Shown here one piece after another: positions 29,539 to 38,846 of a DNA stretch of 64,000 nt. The notes below the pieces were generated by a model. It ran no database searches, had not been told where the DNA came from, and was given only the letters and a program-made list of their open reading frames with translations. The stretch's first letter is position 1; each line of letters begins with the position of its first letter. The stretch covers positions 5,748 through 69,747 of the IMG/VR virus record IMGVR_UViG_3300044858_004394; one strand, given 5' to 3'. The position numbers and the translations under genes were made by a program. Source of the DNA: a virus.

Positions 29539-30315
29539 TCAGAGTGTCCCCGTGGAGGTGCGGACGAGAGTCTGAAACGCCTGCTCAAGCGAAATGCGAA
29601 GCTCGCGAGACAAAATCTCGGCCACAACGGATTTTGTGTCGTTCCACGCCGTTTTTATGGGTGGCTGTCCCTTTCCGCCCGGCAGCATCGGCGGAATCTG
29701 GATCGGCGTCTTGCTCTTCTTGAAGTACGCCTGCGGATATCCGGGTTCCGTCTCTACGCGGTGCCCCTCCTCGCCCTTGGGCGGTCGCGGCGTGGGGACG
29801 AACTTGAACGGGCCAAGCTTGCTGAAGCTGGAAGCGATATAGGCGTTCTGCCCCTTGACCATGTGCGGGCGAACCTCAACTGCCGGTCTGCCGGGGAGCC
29901 GGCGAAGGTGCCCCCTTCTGCCGTACGTGGTGTTTGAATACGTGGTCACAAGCCGCGGGAGCGTGCCTTCCTCAAGCCAGTACTGATGAAAAGCCCTGTC
30001 TCGGCCGGTGCGGACGCGGCCCCCCTGCGCCGAACGACTTCTGCCAGAGCCGGCACGCTTGTAGCCGACGAGGCCAACGCAATTTCCGCTCTTCGGGTAG
30101 GCGACGACCTTCTTCGCCGCCGCTCGCCTCAGGTTTCCGGTTGGGCCGACCGGCGTGACCGCTTTCAGCCTGTTGAAAAGCGGCTCGATGGCCTTTTCCA
30201 TCGCAGCGCGAAGAATCTCCGCCTTTGCCTCTGGAGGCAGGGCCTTCCTGAGAGCTTCCTGCAATTCCGTCAGATTCTGGATGTCTGCGGTGAGGATGAT
30301 GCCGGCGGTAGCCAT
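29539..30315 (-). CDS. HK97 gp10-like neck protein
   Basis: TPVGPTGNLRR...WLEEGT...PPIKTAW. Confidence 0.7.
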   Translation of the reverse strand: MATAGIILTADIQNLTELQEALRKALPPEAKAEILRAAMEKAIEPLFNRLKAVTPVGPTGNLRRAAAKKVVAYPKSGNCVGLVGYKRAGSGRSRSAQGGRVRTGRDRAFHQYWLEEGTLPRLVTTYSNTTYGRRGHLRRLPGRPAVEVRPHMVKGQNAYIASSFSKLGPFKFVPTPRPPKGEEGHRVETEPGYPQAYFKKSKTPIQIPPMLPGGKGQPPIKTAWNDTKSVVAEILSRELRISLEQAFQTLVRTSTGTL

Positions 30316-30316
30316 G

Positions 30317-30637
30317 TCAGTCTGCCCTCTCCGTGCATATGGCCTCGTGTTCGCTCCTGTTGCCGTGCTCCAGAAGCGAGGCAATCTCAAGCACTCTCCC
30401 TCTCCAGACAATCCGCATCGTGCCCTTGAACCCCTCCACGTAACGCAGCCGAACGCGATGGCTGATTTCGGTTTGCTGCTGCCCGGTCAAGAGAACCTCG
30501 CGGCTGGAAAGTCCCTCGACGCTCGCCCACCGCTCCGCGAACGTAGACCACGACATGACGGACTCACCCATTGCGTTGCGGGTTTCCGTCGCCTGCTCGA
30601 TGGTGATCCGCTCGCGCAGCTTTCCGGGGTCTATCAT
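30317..30637 (-). CDS. Head closure / head-tail adaptor
   Basis: GKLRERITIE...WASVE...MRIVWRGRVLEI. Confidence 0.88.
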   Translation of the reverse strand: MIDPGKLRERITIEQATETRNAMGESVMSWSTFAERWASVEGLSSREVLLTGQQQTEISHRVRLRYVEGFKGTMRIVWRGRVLEIASLLEHGNRSEHEAICTERAD

Positions 30638-31062
30638 GAACCGTACAGAATGATGGTGTATGAGCTAGTCCCGGCTGTGCCGACGACGCCGATTTCAAAC
30701 TCGTTGTCCTCAATCGATTCGCTGACGGCGATCTGGTTCGCGCGGCTGTAGAGGGTCATCGCGTACCCGACGCCGTCTAGCTGGTCGCTCGCGCACCTGA
30801 CCATGTTCGCCCCCGTCGCCGAGAATGCCACGCGGCTGATCGAGGAAAACACGACTGCGGCGCCGGACGAATCCGTGTACGCGGGCGTGTTGCAATCCAC
30901 GTTGATGACCGCCGTGCCAACGGTGCCGGTGACGACCGCCACCTTGCCGCTGCTGTACTCCGTCGCGTGCGCAAGCGAGACGGTCTTGACGCTCTTCGTC
31001 GGATCGCCGATGGACGAATCAGTGAAGTTGACATCAATCGTGAATCGTCCGAGCAAACTCAT
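30634..31062 (-). CDS. Hypothetical virion protein
   Basis: ATGA overlaps on both sides within the head-tail module. Confidence 0.55.
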   Translation of the reverse strand: MSLLGRFTIDVNFTDSSIGDPTKSVKTVSLAHATEYSSGKVAVVTGTVGTAVINVDCNTPAYTDSSGAAVVFSSISRVAFSATGANMVRCASDQLDGVGYAMTLYSRANQIAVSESIEDNEFEIGVVGTAGTSSYTIILYGS

Positions 31063-31655
31063 CGGTAGCTCCCCCATCTGGATGAATCGAGCAACGCTTT
31101 CACGCCGAACGGAATCTCTGAGAGGCTCGCGGCGTCTGCCGCCATCCTGCGCTCGTACCACAGCCCGACGAGCCACAGGATCGCGCTCTTGATCTTCTGA
31201 GAGACGCTTGAGCCGTCCGGGCCGTATCCGCCCCACCAGCGAACCGTAATGGCGTTCTGGTCGAGCCTGTGTGCGGGCCACGAGCCGCTGTAGTTGTTCC
31301 GGATGACACCCGGCAGGGCGTCTCTGTCAACGCGGTATCGCGTCTCCGAAAGCGTGACTGTCGCGGAACTTTCCAGCGTGTACGTCACCGACACGGCGGT
31401 GCAAGTGCCGGCCGAGGCCATCGGCGGCTTCGGCAGTTCGATTTCCACGGGGAACGAATCGAGCTTCATCACGTACTCTCTGTGGACGAAACTTTCATCG
31501 CAGTAGGACTCGCACCACTCCCTCGCGGCTGTGATCAGGGCGCTGACGTACGCATCGTCGTTCGACGTATCGATGCGGCAATGGTGCTTCGCTTCGGCGA
31601 GCGTGACCGGCTCAACTGCCGGCGGCGTCGCGACTTTCAGGCTTCGGTACTGCAC
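31059..31655 (-). CDS. Head-tail connector (gp6-like)
   Basis: PAVEPVTLAEAKHHCRID...LITAARE...AILWLVGLWYERR. Confidence 0.88.
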   Translation of the reverse strand: MQYRSLKVATPPAVEPVTLAEAKHHCRIDTSNDDAYVSALITAAREWCESYCDESFVHREYVMKLDSFPVEIELPKPPMASAGTCTAVSVTYTLESSATVTLSETRYRVDRDALPGVIRNNYSGSWPAHRLDQNAITVRWWGGYGPDGSSVSQKIKSAILWLVGLWYERRMAADAASLSEIPFGVKALLDSSRWGSYR

Positions 31656-31854
31656 TTCGTCGTGTCCTCCGTGGGGTGGCCGCGGCCACTTCCGTCTGGT
31701 GTTCCACTGCCGCTGTCTCGATGGCCGGGGCAGGGGCTGGCTCCTCGCTCACGGCCACGCCGTCGGCGATCAGCCGCCGTGCCGTCTCGTCCTCGCACTC
31801 GACGACCTTGCCGGCGTGGTAGGTCGAATACCGCTTCACAAGCTTGATTCTCAT
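31612..31854 (-). CDS. Small virion-associated protein
   Basis: MRIKLVK...GKVVECEDETARRLIADGVA. Confidence 0.6.
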   Translation of the reverse strand: MRIKLVKRYSTYHAGKVVECEDETARRLIADGVAVSEEPAPAPAIETAAVEHQTEVAAATPRRTRRSAVPKPESRDAAGS

Positions 31855-32585
31855 GCGCCGGGAGCCTTCCATGCAGTTTTGGGTGCGCCGTTCGCGGTGT
31901 AATCGCCGACATACTGAAACACGGGGGCTTGCAGTTCCTTGCCCGGCCACACGGCCACGTACTCGCCGTGACCGATGGACACCCGCGGAGTGACGTACGC
32001 CCTGTTGCCGCCTTTCTTGAATTGGCGCCAGAAAAAAATGTCGGCGTCCGTCCTGCCGTCACCGTACTCGCCGGCCGCATTCGGGATGTCCTGAAACCAA
32101 GGCTTCGGCGTCCGCTTGAGCGCCTTGGTGCTGATGACGGTGCATCCGAAGTGGGCGCTGTCCACCTCTTGCACAGGCTCGCAGAACCACTCAATCGGCA
32201 ACTGGGTCGAGCCGTCTTTCGGCGGGGCGTCAAGCTGGCCGGGGAGAGTGAACATCGGCCGGCCGTCCTCGCGTTTGACCTGCAATGGCGCGAGGGCGTC
32301 ACAGTTGAGCGCCATTGCCATGCCGACAAGCTCCTCAACCGTTTTGCGATCCCAGAACGAATCGTAGTCGGTCGTCAGGATGTATTCCGTCGAATCCGCA
32401 AACTGTTCTAGGCAGCGTTGAATCACCTGAGGCCACAGCGCCCCCTGTCCGAGCGTCGGTCGAATCCCGAGCGGCATAAGCGCTTGCGCCCAGCCGAAGA
32501 TGTTCGCGATGGGGCCAAAGCGGGGGCCACTCATCACGCATTCGATGCGAACGTCCATGTCCGTCGAACCAATCTTGACGATCAT
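31851..32585 (-). CDS. GT2-like glycosyltransferase within the head module
   Basis: ILTTDYD (DxD), HFGCTVI, PKPWF, DADIFF and IGH motifs. Confidence 0.6.
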   Translation of the reverse strand: MIVKIGSTDMDVRIECVMSGPRFGPIANIFGWAQALMPLGIRPTLGQGALWPQVIQRCLEQFADSTEYILTTDYDSFWDRKTVEELVGMAMALNCDALAPLQVKREDGRPMFTLPGQLDAPPKDGSTQLPIEWFCEPVQEVDSAHFGCTVISTKALKRTPKPWFQDIPNAAGEYGDGRTDADIFFWRQFKKGGNRAYVTPRVSIGHGEYVAVWPGKELQAPVFQYVGDYTANGAPKTAWKAPGA

Positions 32586-32605
32586 TCACTGCCTCCAGAA
32601 AAGAA

Positions 32606-32638
32606 GATGGCGGGTACGGAAGCCCGTACCCGCCATCT
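32606..32638 (-). terminator. Probable terminator after the capsid/decoration genes
   Basis: gatggcgggtacgg-aagc-ccgtacccgccatc followed by TTCTTTTC on the minus strand. Confidence 0.65.
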
Positions 32639-32661
32639 AATGTGTCGAGGCTGTCAAATGA

Positions 32662-33114
32662 TCAGCCGCTGTACTTCACGCGGACGCCCTTTTCGGACGC
32701 GCTGTCCGGGCCATCGGCGCCCTTCGACAGGCGGCCGACGAGGATCGCCCTCGCCGCCGTGTCGTTCGGGGCCGTCGCCAGACTGATGTAGCGGGGCTTG
32801 CCGCGGAGGTCGAAGTCGAGCCGGGCCACGGTCGCCACGCTCGTCTGCGAGGCCGCCGTGTTGGCCGAACTGGTGATGCCGGACACCGAACCGTAGGTCG
32901 CGGTGTAGTCGGCAAGACCCGCCACGGTGTCGCCAGCCCGAAGCGTGAAGATGCTCGCCACGGCGCTGTTCGCATTGCAGGTCGAGTAGACCGCGTCCAC
33001 GGACAGGTATTCGTAGCCGAGCGTATCGACCGTCAGGGCCACGGTGCCGGCGGCAACCGAACTGCCGGTCGCCACGAGGCTCGCCACCGACTTGCTGTTT
33101 TCAAGATGATTCAC
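32662..33114 (-). CDS. Putative head decoration protein
   Basis: Follows the capsid gene; VDTLGY...DLRGKPRYI. Confidence 0.55.
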   Translation of the reverse strand: MNHLENSKSVASLVATGSSVAAGTVALTVDTLGYEYLSVDAVYSTCNANSAVASIFTLRAGDTVAGLADYTATYGSVSGITSSANTAASQTSVATVARLDFDLRGKPRYISLATAPNDTAARAILVGRLSKGADGPDSASEKGVRVKYSG

Positions 33115-33143
33115 GGACTTCGTCTCCTAGAGGGTCAAGTGGG

Positions 33144-34658
33144 TCAGGCGAACTTCAGGGCAACGAGTGGGCCGGCCTTCGTCGAATCGCCAAGGTCCGT
33201 TACAACCATAGCGTTTCTCGTTGTTGCATGGATCAAAGTCTGATCCAGTTCGATGTACCTCTCTCGGGCCGTCTGGATGCCGATGGCACGACGCTCGCCG
33301 AACACAGCGGCCTGCGAGAGGTCGCCGAAGAGGCAAGCGACCTTGCCGGTCGTGCCGGTCAGGTTCGACTCAAGCGAGTGAGTCAGCCGGACCGGGAAGC
33401 CGAGGAAATTCAGCGTGTTCCAGCCGCTGCCGACATCGTTGACGGTGTTGCCGCCGCCGCTGTTGGTCTGCGTTCCGACGCCGCTGGTGGCCGCACCCGG
33501 ATTCAGGGCGAGGCGGGTCATCGCGGCGCCGAAGCCGACCGGCGAGATGTAGAAAGCGGCGTTCCGCTTGGCGTACATCGGGAGCTTGGCGATCAGGCTC
33601 GTGAAGTCCCGAAGCTCAAGCTGGTCGAACGTCGTGTTGTTGGTCTTCGCCGTCACGACGCTGGCGCTGTGCGTCCCGTCCACGATGGCGACGGCAGCGC
33701 CGACCGTCCCGTGGTACGTGGAGCTTCCGTCCCCGATAAAGCCCGAATTATCGAAGGCTTCTGCGTAGGCTTGTGACACCTCGACGGCCATCGCATCTGC
33801 CAGATCAATGACGGAGTCCTCAAGCAGCGAGTTGGGGATGCGGTTCGCAACGCCCCAAATCTTCGCCACAAGCTGGACGTTGTCGAACTCGACATTGCTG
33901 TCGGTGATCTCGACGTTCTCGCCGACCGGGCGGGCCGCAAGGCCGCTCTTCCGGCGTGCGATGACGAGCGTGTCGCTGTTCATCTGCACGCGGCGGGCGA
34001 ACTGCGGAAACACGCCGTACTCTTCGACGAGACGGATGATTTCCGTCGAGAGTTCTTCGGAAACCAGAACGCCGCCGAGCGAATTGATGCCGCCGGCCTG
34101 CGCGCGGGTCTCGACGCCGTGGTCAGCGCACCACCGGCGGGCTTCGGCGTCGCCGAAGACGTAGCCGCGGATGTGCATGCCGGCCCGGTACGCCCGCTCC
34201 GCGGCGTTGTCGCCACGGAAGGCACGGAGGTTGGAGTGCGACGCGGGGACGGCAAAGACTCGCTTCATGGCGTTTTCTCGCTTTTCAAGGGTTTCGGCAG
34301 GGGCGGCTCGTTCCAGAACAGCACGCATTTCGGCCTCCTTGGCCGCCTTGCGCTCGTAAAAGTCGATCTTGGCCTTGACCTTCTCGGCCTTCTTCATCAG
34401 CCGCTCCAGCGAGCGGGCCTTGACCATCTCGGGGTCTTCCTCTTCCTCGTCTTCCTTCGGCATGTCCTCGCCTTCGGGCATGTCCGACGCCCTCGACATC
34501 TCGTCTTCGCCTTCGGCGGCAGCGGCGTCACCGACGACGACGCTCGCCTCTTCTCCGGTCGGCTCAAGCAGGTCGGTCGCGCCGTCATCGAGGGCGCCCA
34601 TCTCTGCGAGGATGGCGGCGAGTTCGTCAAGAAGCGTTTTGATTTGGGAGGCGGCCAC
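33144..34658 (-). CDS. HK97-fold major capsid protein with N-terminal scaffold (delta) domain
   Basis: Acidic coiled-coil N-terminus; ETRAQAGG...GGVLV, LLEDS, FLGFPV and FGDL motifs. Confidence 0.92.
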   Translation of the reverse strand: MAASQIKTLLDELAAILAEMGALDDGATDLLEPTGEEASVVVGDAAAAEGEDEMSRASDMPEGEDMPKEDEEEEDPEMVKARSLERLMKKAEKVKAKIDFYERKAAKEAEMRAVLERAAPAETLEKRENAMKRVFAVPASHSNLRAFRGDNAAERAYRAGMHIRGYVFGDAEARRWCADHGVETRAQAGGINSLGGVLVSEELSTEIIRLVEEYGVFPQFARRVQMNSDTLVIARRKSGLAARPVGENVEITDSNVEFDNVQLVAKIWGVANRIPNSLLEDSVIDLADAMAVEVSQAYAEAFDNSGFIGDGSSTYHGTVGAAVAIVDGTHSASVVTAKTNNTTFDQLELRDFTSLIAKLPMYAKRNAAFYISPVGFGAAMTRLALNPGAATSGVGTQTNSGGGNTVNDVGSGWNTLNFLGFPVRLTHSLESNLTGTTGKVACLFGDLSQAAVFGERRAIGIQTARERYIELDQTLIHATTRNAMVVTDLGDSTKAGPLVALKFA

Positions 34659-34761
34659 GAGATGACTCCTGAGTGTCGCGTGCGTGTGTGTCGATAACCT
34701 CGACACTTGCAGGCTAGACCGGGAGGGGGCCACCCATCCAGATAGAGAACGCTGTGCTTAC

Positions 34762-34938
34762 CTAGTTAGGTAGCAGCGACCGGCGCCTTATTTCAGACGA
34801 TGGCACGACGCTCTTCGTCGTGTAGCCGCATTTCTGACAGCGCAGATAGCGGGCTTGGTATTCGCCGCGGCACTGGCTGGCATAAACGCCTACGCGTGCG
34901 TTGCGACAACTGGGACAAACGTCGCCGGATTTAGCCAT
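34762..34938 (-). CDS. Ogr/Delta-like zinc-finger protein (58 aa, not in ORF track)
   Basis: MAKSGDVCPSCRNARVGVYASQCRGEYQARYLRCQKCGYTTKSVV. Confidence 0.6.
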   Translation of the reverse strand: MAKSGDVCPSCRNARVGVYASQCRGEYQARYLRCQKCGYTTKSVVPSSEIRRRSLLPN

Positions 34939-35623
34939 GCTTCCGAATGTAATCGGCCAAGGAAGTCCGTGCGCGCTTCAGAATGCTGTCGAGCCTTCCG
35001 CTTCGCGAAAGGTAGACTCGCGGCTTCGCAAGTCCTTTCGACTTGCGAAACATGTCATAGGAACGCATCGCGACCTTGGCGTCGGCATCGGGATAGGCCG
35101 GAAAGGTGACTGGCCCGACATCGATCAGAGAATCGACGCGTTTGATCAATCTCGTGGAGCGGCCTTGCTCGACCGCCCACTCATCCCCGCCCCGCGCAAC
35201 CGTGAAGCTGAAGCTGCTCCCGGAGATGATCCCGTCGCGGATGTTGGTAGCTAAATCCTTCCCGTAGCTGCTATAGGGCACAGGGAATTCATAGCGAAGA
35301 CCGATGTCGTCAACGTAGAGCTTGAGCGTCTTCGGATAACGTGCCAGTGGCATGTCGGCGTTGTGGTTGAAGAGCGCCCGCGTCTCAAGCGGCGACCGCC
35401 GTCCGCGGCGCTCCGTCACGATCCCAAACGCACTTGGATCGATCCTCTCAATGAACTCTCCGTCGATTTCAAGAGAGTTGACCCCGAACTTGGCGGCGTA
35501 GCCGACGATCCATTCGCGACCCTCCTCCCCGTCGTCCGGGCACTCGCAGCGCCGCTCGATGCGCAGGAGCGACCCGCGGCTGTTGTCATCGTACGAAAAG
35601 GACCGTCGCTCAAGGTTTTCCAC
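34931..35623 (-). CDS. HK97-family prohead protease
   Basis: IVGYAAKF, ALFNH, GLRYE, SSFSF and DVGPVTFPAY motifs. Confidence 0.92.
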   Translation of the reverse strand: MENLERRSFSYDDNSRGSLLRIERRCECPDDGEEGREWIVGYAAKFGVNSLEIDGEFIERIDPSAFGIVTERRGRRSPLETRALFNHNADMPLARYPKTLKLYVDDIGLRYEFPVPYSSYGKDLATNIRDGIISGSSFSFTVARGGDEWAVEQGRSTRLIKRVDSLIDVGPVTFPAYPDADAKVAMRSYDMFRKSKGLAKPRVYLSRSGRLDSILKRARTSLADYIRKHG

Positions 35624-35700
35624 GGCTTCGCCCTTGGTCGGGTGTTTTTTGCTGCCGTAAAAACTATAGGCGAAAGCCGCCGCGCCCTTGCAGTTTCCGG

Positions 35701-35934
35701 CTATTGGACAAGGCTCTTTTTGACGGCCTCAAGGTGGGCCATGGCCTCGTCCTTCGTGACGACGCTGCCCTCTTCGTCTAGCCTTTTGATGTTCGTGAAG
35801 GGGAGCCGCTCCCCCTTGTAGTTGATCAGAAAAAACTGGATGCGGCCCTCGCCGTAGTTCTCAGCCACGACGGCAGACATGCCGCACTCATACCACGTTT
35901 CAGACTGGACTGTTCTCGCGTCGTTCTCTGCCAT
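35701..35934 (-). CDS. Small acidic protein, candidate antitoxin
   Basis: 77-aa ORF immediately after the Tsi6-like gene. Confidence 0.5.
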   Translation of the reverse strand: MAENDARTVQSETWYECGMSAVVAENYGEGRIQFFLINYKGERLPFTNIKRLDEEGSVVTKDEAMAHLEAVKKSLVQ

Positions 35935-35936
35935 GT

Positions 35937-36296
35937 TCAGTACCACTCAAGGTCATATTCGTCCACCTCGGCGAACTCCGCGTCGTCGAGCCAGTGCTTG
36001 ATGTAGATCGCCACCTCGCCGGCCATCTGCGCCCAGTCGTCCACCTCTTGAATCTCGCTGCGAAGGGCTTCGTACTCGACCGCCACGATGCGGCAGATGT
36101 CGATGGACTCGATGTCCTCGCGGCTTGGCTGCTCGCCGCCCTTCGTCCACCCCTTGATCGCCCGAAGCTGCGAGGCGACACGGGCAAAGCCCGGATCGTC
36201 CGGCCGGGCCTCGCTTGCCGCGATGGCCTTGTCCAGCGTCGCGTAGAAGCTGTCGCGGTCTTTGATGTGCTGGAAAGAGTCTGCGAACGAACCCAT
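35937..36296 (-). CDS. Tsi6-like immunity protein
   Basis: Helical acidic protein; VASQLRAIKGW...IESIDICRIVAVEYE resembles my recollection of the Tsi6 pattern; downstream of the Ntox46-like domain. Confidence 0.6.
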   Translation of the reverse strand: MGSFADSFQHIKDRDSFYATLDKAIAASEARPDDPGFARVASQLRAIKGWTKGGEQPSREDIESIDICRIVAVEYEALRSEIQEVDDWAQMAGEVAIYIKHWLDDAEFAEVDEYDLEWY

Positions 36297-36300
36297 CTGA

Positions 36301-36708
36301 TTAGCTCCGGTGCTTCACAAGACGATTATACGCACCCGCCAAATACGAATGGTAGTCACGCTTGGCCTTATCGTCTGCGGCGTTCATCTGCCTGACGAGC
36401 TTCTTTGCCCACGACCACCCCGCGTCTGACCCCCACAATGCCCACGCGATCCGGGCATTCGAGGGAAAGTTTTTTTCGCCGGGACTCCAGCCTTCTTTTC
36501 CCTTGTTGACCTGATGCCTGTCGAAGAACGCCTTCATCCTGCGAGCCGTGGTCGGGCTGATCTTCGTGCCGTTCGACAGGTCGCGAGCGCGGGCCACGCC
36601 TACTGCCGTGCCTCCGCGGCCGTGTTCTCTTCGCCACGCCAGCCCTTTCTCTGCCTCCGACCGCACTCTCGCCGGCGGCGTGAAGTCGATGTGGTCATAC
36701 CGTGCCAT
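36301..36708 (-). CDS. Phage head-associated basic protein
   Basis: FTPP...GGTAVGVARARDL...RMKAFFDRH...IAWALWG..AG.SW; I recall this domain from head morphogenesis regions. Confidence 0.65.
   Translation of the reverse strand: MARYDHIDFTPPARVRSEAEKGLAWRREHGRGGTAVGVARARDLSNGTKISPTTARRMKAFFDRHQVNKGKEGWSPGEKNFPSNARIAWALWGSDAGWSWAKKLVRQMNAADDKAKRDYHSYLAGAYNRLVKHRS
36326..36340 (-). promoter_or_regulatory. Partial copy of the early promoter motif upstream of the immunity gene
   Basis: ttatacgcacccgcc (minus strand GGCGGGTGCGTATAAT), about 30 nt before the ATG at 36296. Confidence 0.55.
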
Positions 36709-37832
36709 TACGCCGACCCCTTCACGGTCTGGGGCGCGTCGTCCACCCAGATGTCAACCTTGATGCCGGCGTCTTTAGCCGCGGCATCCTTGAGCTTGTC
36801 GGTGCCGACCAAGAGGACTCGCGAAAAGCTTGTTGCCCACTTGCCGAGTGACTTAGCGACGTACGCCTGATTCTCTGGGGTGTCCTCGCGACGGGACACC
36901 ATGACGACCTTGTTGCCTTCGCCGACAGCCTCCGCAGCGAACTCGCCCCATAGTGCAGGGTCGGCTGCAAAAGTGCGGTCGAAGTCGATGCTAATGGTCA
37001 GTTTGCGACGCTGAAGCGACCGCACGCTCCGCCGCTTGCCGCCCTTCAGCTTGAACTCATCGATGCCGCCTGTCGCCTGCGCGTCCGGAACAAAGTATTG
37101 GACGCCTCCTCCGTTTGCGGCCTGCGGCCGGCTGTCCTTGGTACTCCACGTATCGACGGCTGGGGACGCGTAAGACTGGAGGTATTGGGGTGCGGCTTGC
37201 ACCTCAAACGTGTAAGGGATTTTATCGACGACGGGCTGGCCTTCGGATTTCCAAGCGGTGCCCTTCCTGCCGATTCCAAGCTGCTCTGGCTCCGTGCCCT
37301 CCGTGGAGAAGTAGCCGCCGGCCGGCGGTATGTTGCCGGGGGCCTGCCACTGCACAAGCACGGAAGGCGGCGGCAGTTCCGGGGGCGGGCCGACCTTCAC
37401 TGGCTTCGACCAATCGATTGCCTTCATCTGCCCTTCAAACCGCTGCCGGTCGAGCGGCTTGAGCTTCCCCGTTTTTCTGTCGAGAAAAGCCCCCTTGCTG
37501 TGCATGAAGTGCGACGCGACGACCTTTCTTGCTGCGATCTGCCGCGGAGAGTCGCCGTCCTGAGAGGCAAGCTGTACCTCGCTCTTCGATGGCTTGCGCG
37601 TCGGCACTCGCTCCGGGCGATTCGCGCGTCCCTTCGGCGTCCCCGACTTGTCTCCGCCGGCGGCCCCACCCTTGCCGCCCTTTCCGCTCCCGCATGAATT
37701 ATCGACTCCGCCGCCTGACCCAGTCGGGCAGAAGGCGCGGTCCTCCGCGAGAGCGCCATCGATGAAGAACTTCCTTGCAAGCCTCCAGTACGTCTTCTCT
37801 GAGTCTTTCGTGTTACTGGTCATGTAGACCAT
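36708..37832 (-). CDS. Tagged effector: Ntox46/Tse6-like domain + HAD-like domain
   Basis: LVQWQAPG..GGYFS..EQLGI..LQSYASPAVDTWS..GGGVQYF; C-terminal ISIDFDRTF (DxDxT) and IWVDD. Confidence 0.65.
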   Translation of the reverse strand: MVYMTSNTKDSEKTYWRLARKFFIDGALAEDRAFCPTGSGGGVDNSCGSGKGGKGGAAGGDKSGTPKGRANRPERVPTRKPSKSEVQLASQDGDSPRQIAARKVVASHFMHSKGAFLDRKTGKLKPLDRQRFEGQMKAIDWSKPVKVGPPPELPPPSVLVQWQAPGNIPPAGGYFSTEGTEPEQLGIGRKGTAWKSEGQPVVDKIPYTFEVQAAPQYLQSYASPAVDTWSTKDSRPQAANGGGVQYFVPDAQATGGIDEFKLKGGKRRSVRSLQRRKLTISIDFDRTFAADPALWGEFAAEAVGEGNKVVMVSRREDTPENQAYVAKSLGKWATSFSRVLLVGTDKLKDAAAKDAGIKVDIWVDDAPQTVKGSA

Positions 37833-37835
37833 GCG

Positions 37836-38843
37836 TCACGCCGCTTTCTTTTTCTGTGCCGCTGGCCGCCGAACTGGCGGGCCAAGGTAGTCGTCATACA
37901 AGTCGAGAACCTCTCGCGAGTAGTCGATCCCAAGAGACAGCCCGGTCCGTGTTTCGGCGACAAACTCAAGCGGATTCCTTGTCGCGTATTCGCTCACCTG
38001 CGCGGCAACTTCTTTTGCGGCCTCTTCGCTCATGGGACCGCCTTTGTCGTTGCTGGACTTGTGCGACGCTCTCTCATATCTGGCCCACGGGTCGGTTGTT
38101 GGGACTCCATTAGAAGGCGCTGGATCACCCAGCCAGCGATCCAAATACTGCACCGCCCGCCCTCCGCTTTTGAAGAAATCCGTCATTGCGCGCATGTGGT
38201 CGTGGTGCGCCATCTCGTGAACCATTGAAGTGACATGCTCCTTCCCCGCGACCCCAGCAAGCCATCCCTCTTCGACTGACTGCCTTACCTTTGCGACATC
38301 GTAGTCTGGGTCAAAGTAAAGCACTCCGTTATCCATATTGCATGCAGCCGGCGCGTTGCCGCTGATGTCCTCGACGATGATCTTCTTCGGCAGAGCAACT
38401 CCAAGCCTCTCCAGTTCTTCAACCCCTTGTGTGATCGCATCCATAGCGTCGATGGACGCCGGCCCCTTTTTTCTTCCCTGCATAGAAGGCGGAAGCCCCA
38501 TGCCGGTCCACTCTCCCTGATTGTGCTGAAGCTCAACTCCTTTGCCCGCAAGCCACTCCGTCACTTGCTCTATATGCGCCACCCGCTGCTCCCATGTGTG
38601 CCCGGTCAGCGATCCACGCGGGTCTTCTGGGAATGAACCCTTTGCGGCTGCGGGAGAGGGCGACTGCGGCGCACTTGTTCCGGCGTTTCCCTTGTTCGCG
38701 GGAGAGCAGGAGTTGTCCGGAGGCGAAGCGCCCGGACAGAAAGCACGCGACTCTCCGGGGGCGCTGTCGCCAAGAAAGTCTCTCGCGAGGCCCCAGTAGG
38801 CTTTCTCGATTTCTTTCAGGCTGCTGCCAGTCATGTAGACCAT
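37836..38843 (-). CDS. Tagged effector: HExxH zincin-like peptidase
   Basis: HEMAH...VSEYATRNPLEFVAE; RAFCP tag. Confidence 0.7.
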   Translation of the reverse strand: MVYMTGSSLKEIEKAYWGLARDFLGDSAPGESRAFCPGASPPDNSCSPANKGNAGTSAPQSPSPAAAKGSFPEDPRGSLTGHTWEQRVAHIEQVTEWLAGKGVELQHNQGEWTGMGLPPSMQGRKKGPASIDAMDAITQGVEELERLGVALPKKIIVEDISGNAPAACNMDNGVLYFDPDYDVAKVRQSVEEGWLAGVAGKEHVTSMVHEMAHHDHMRAMTDFFKSGGRAVQYLDRWLGDPAPSNGVPTTDPWARYERASHKSSNDKGGPMSEEAAKEVAAQVSEYATRNPLEFVAETRTGLSLGIDYSREVLDLYDDYLGPPVRRPAAQKKKAA

Positions 38844-38846
38844 GCG

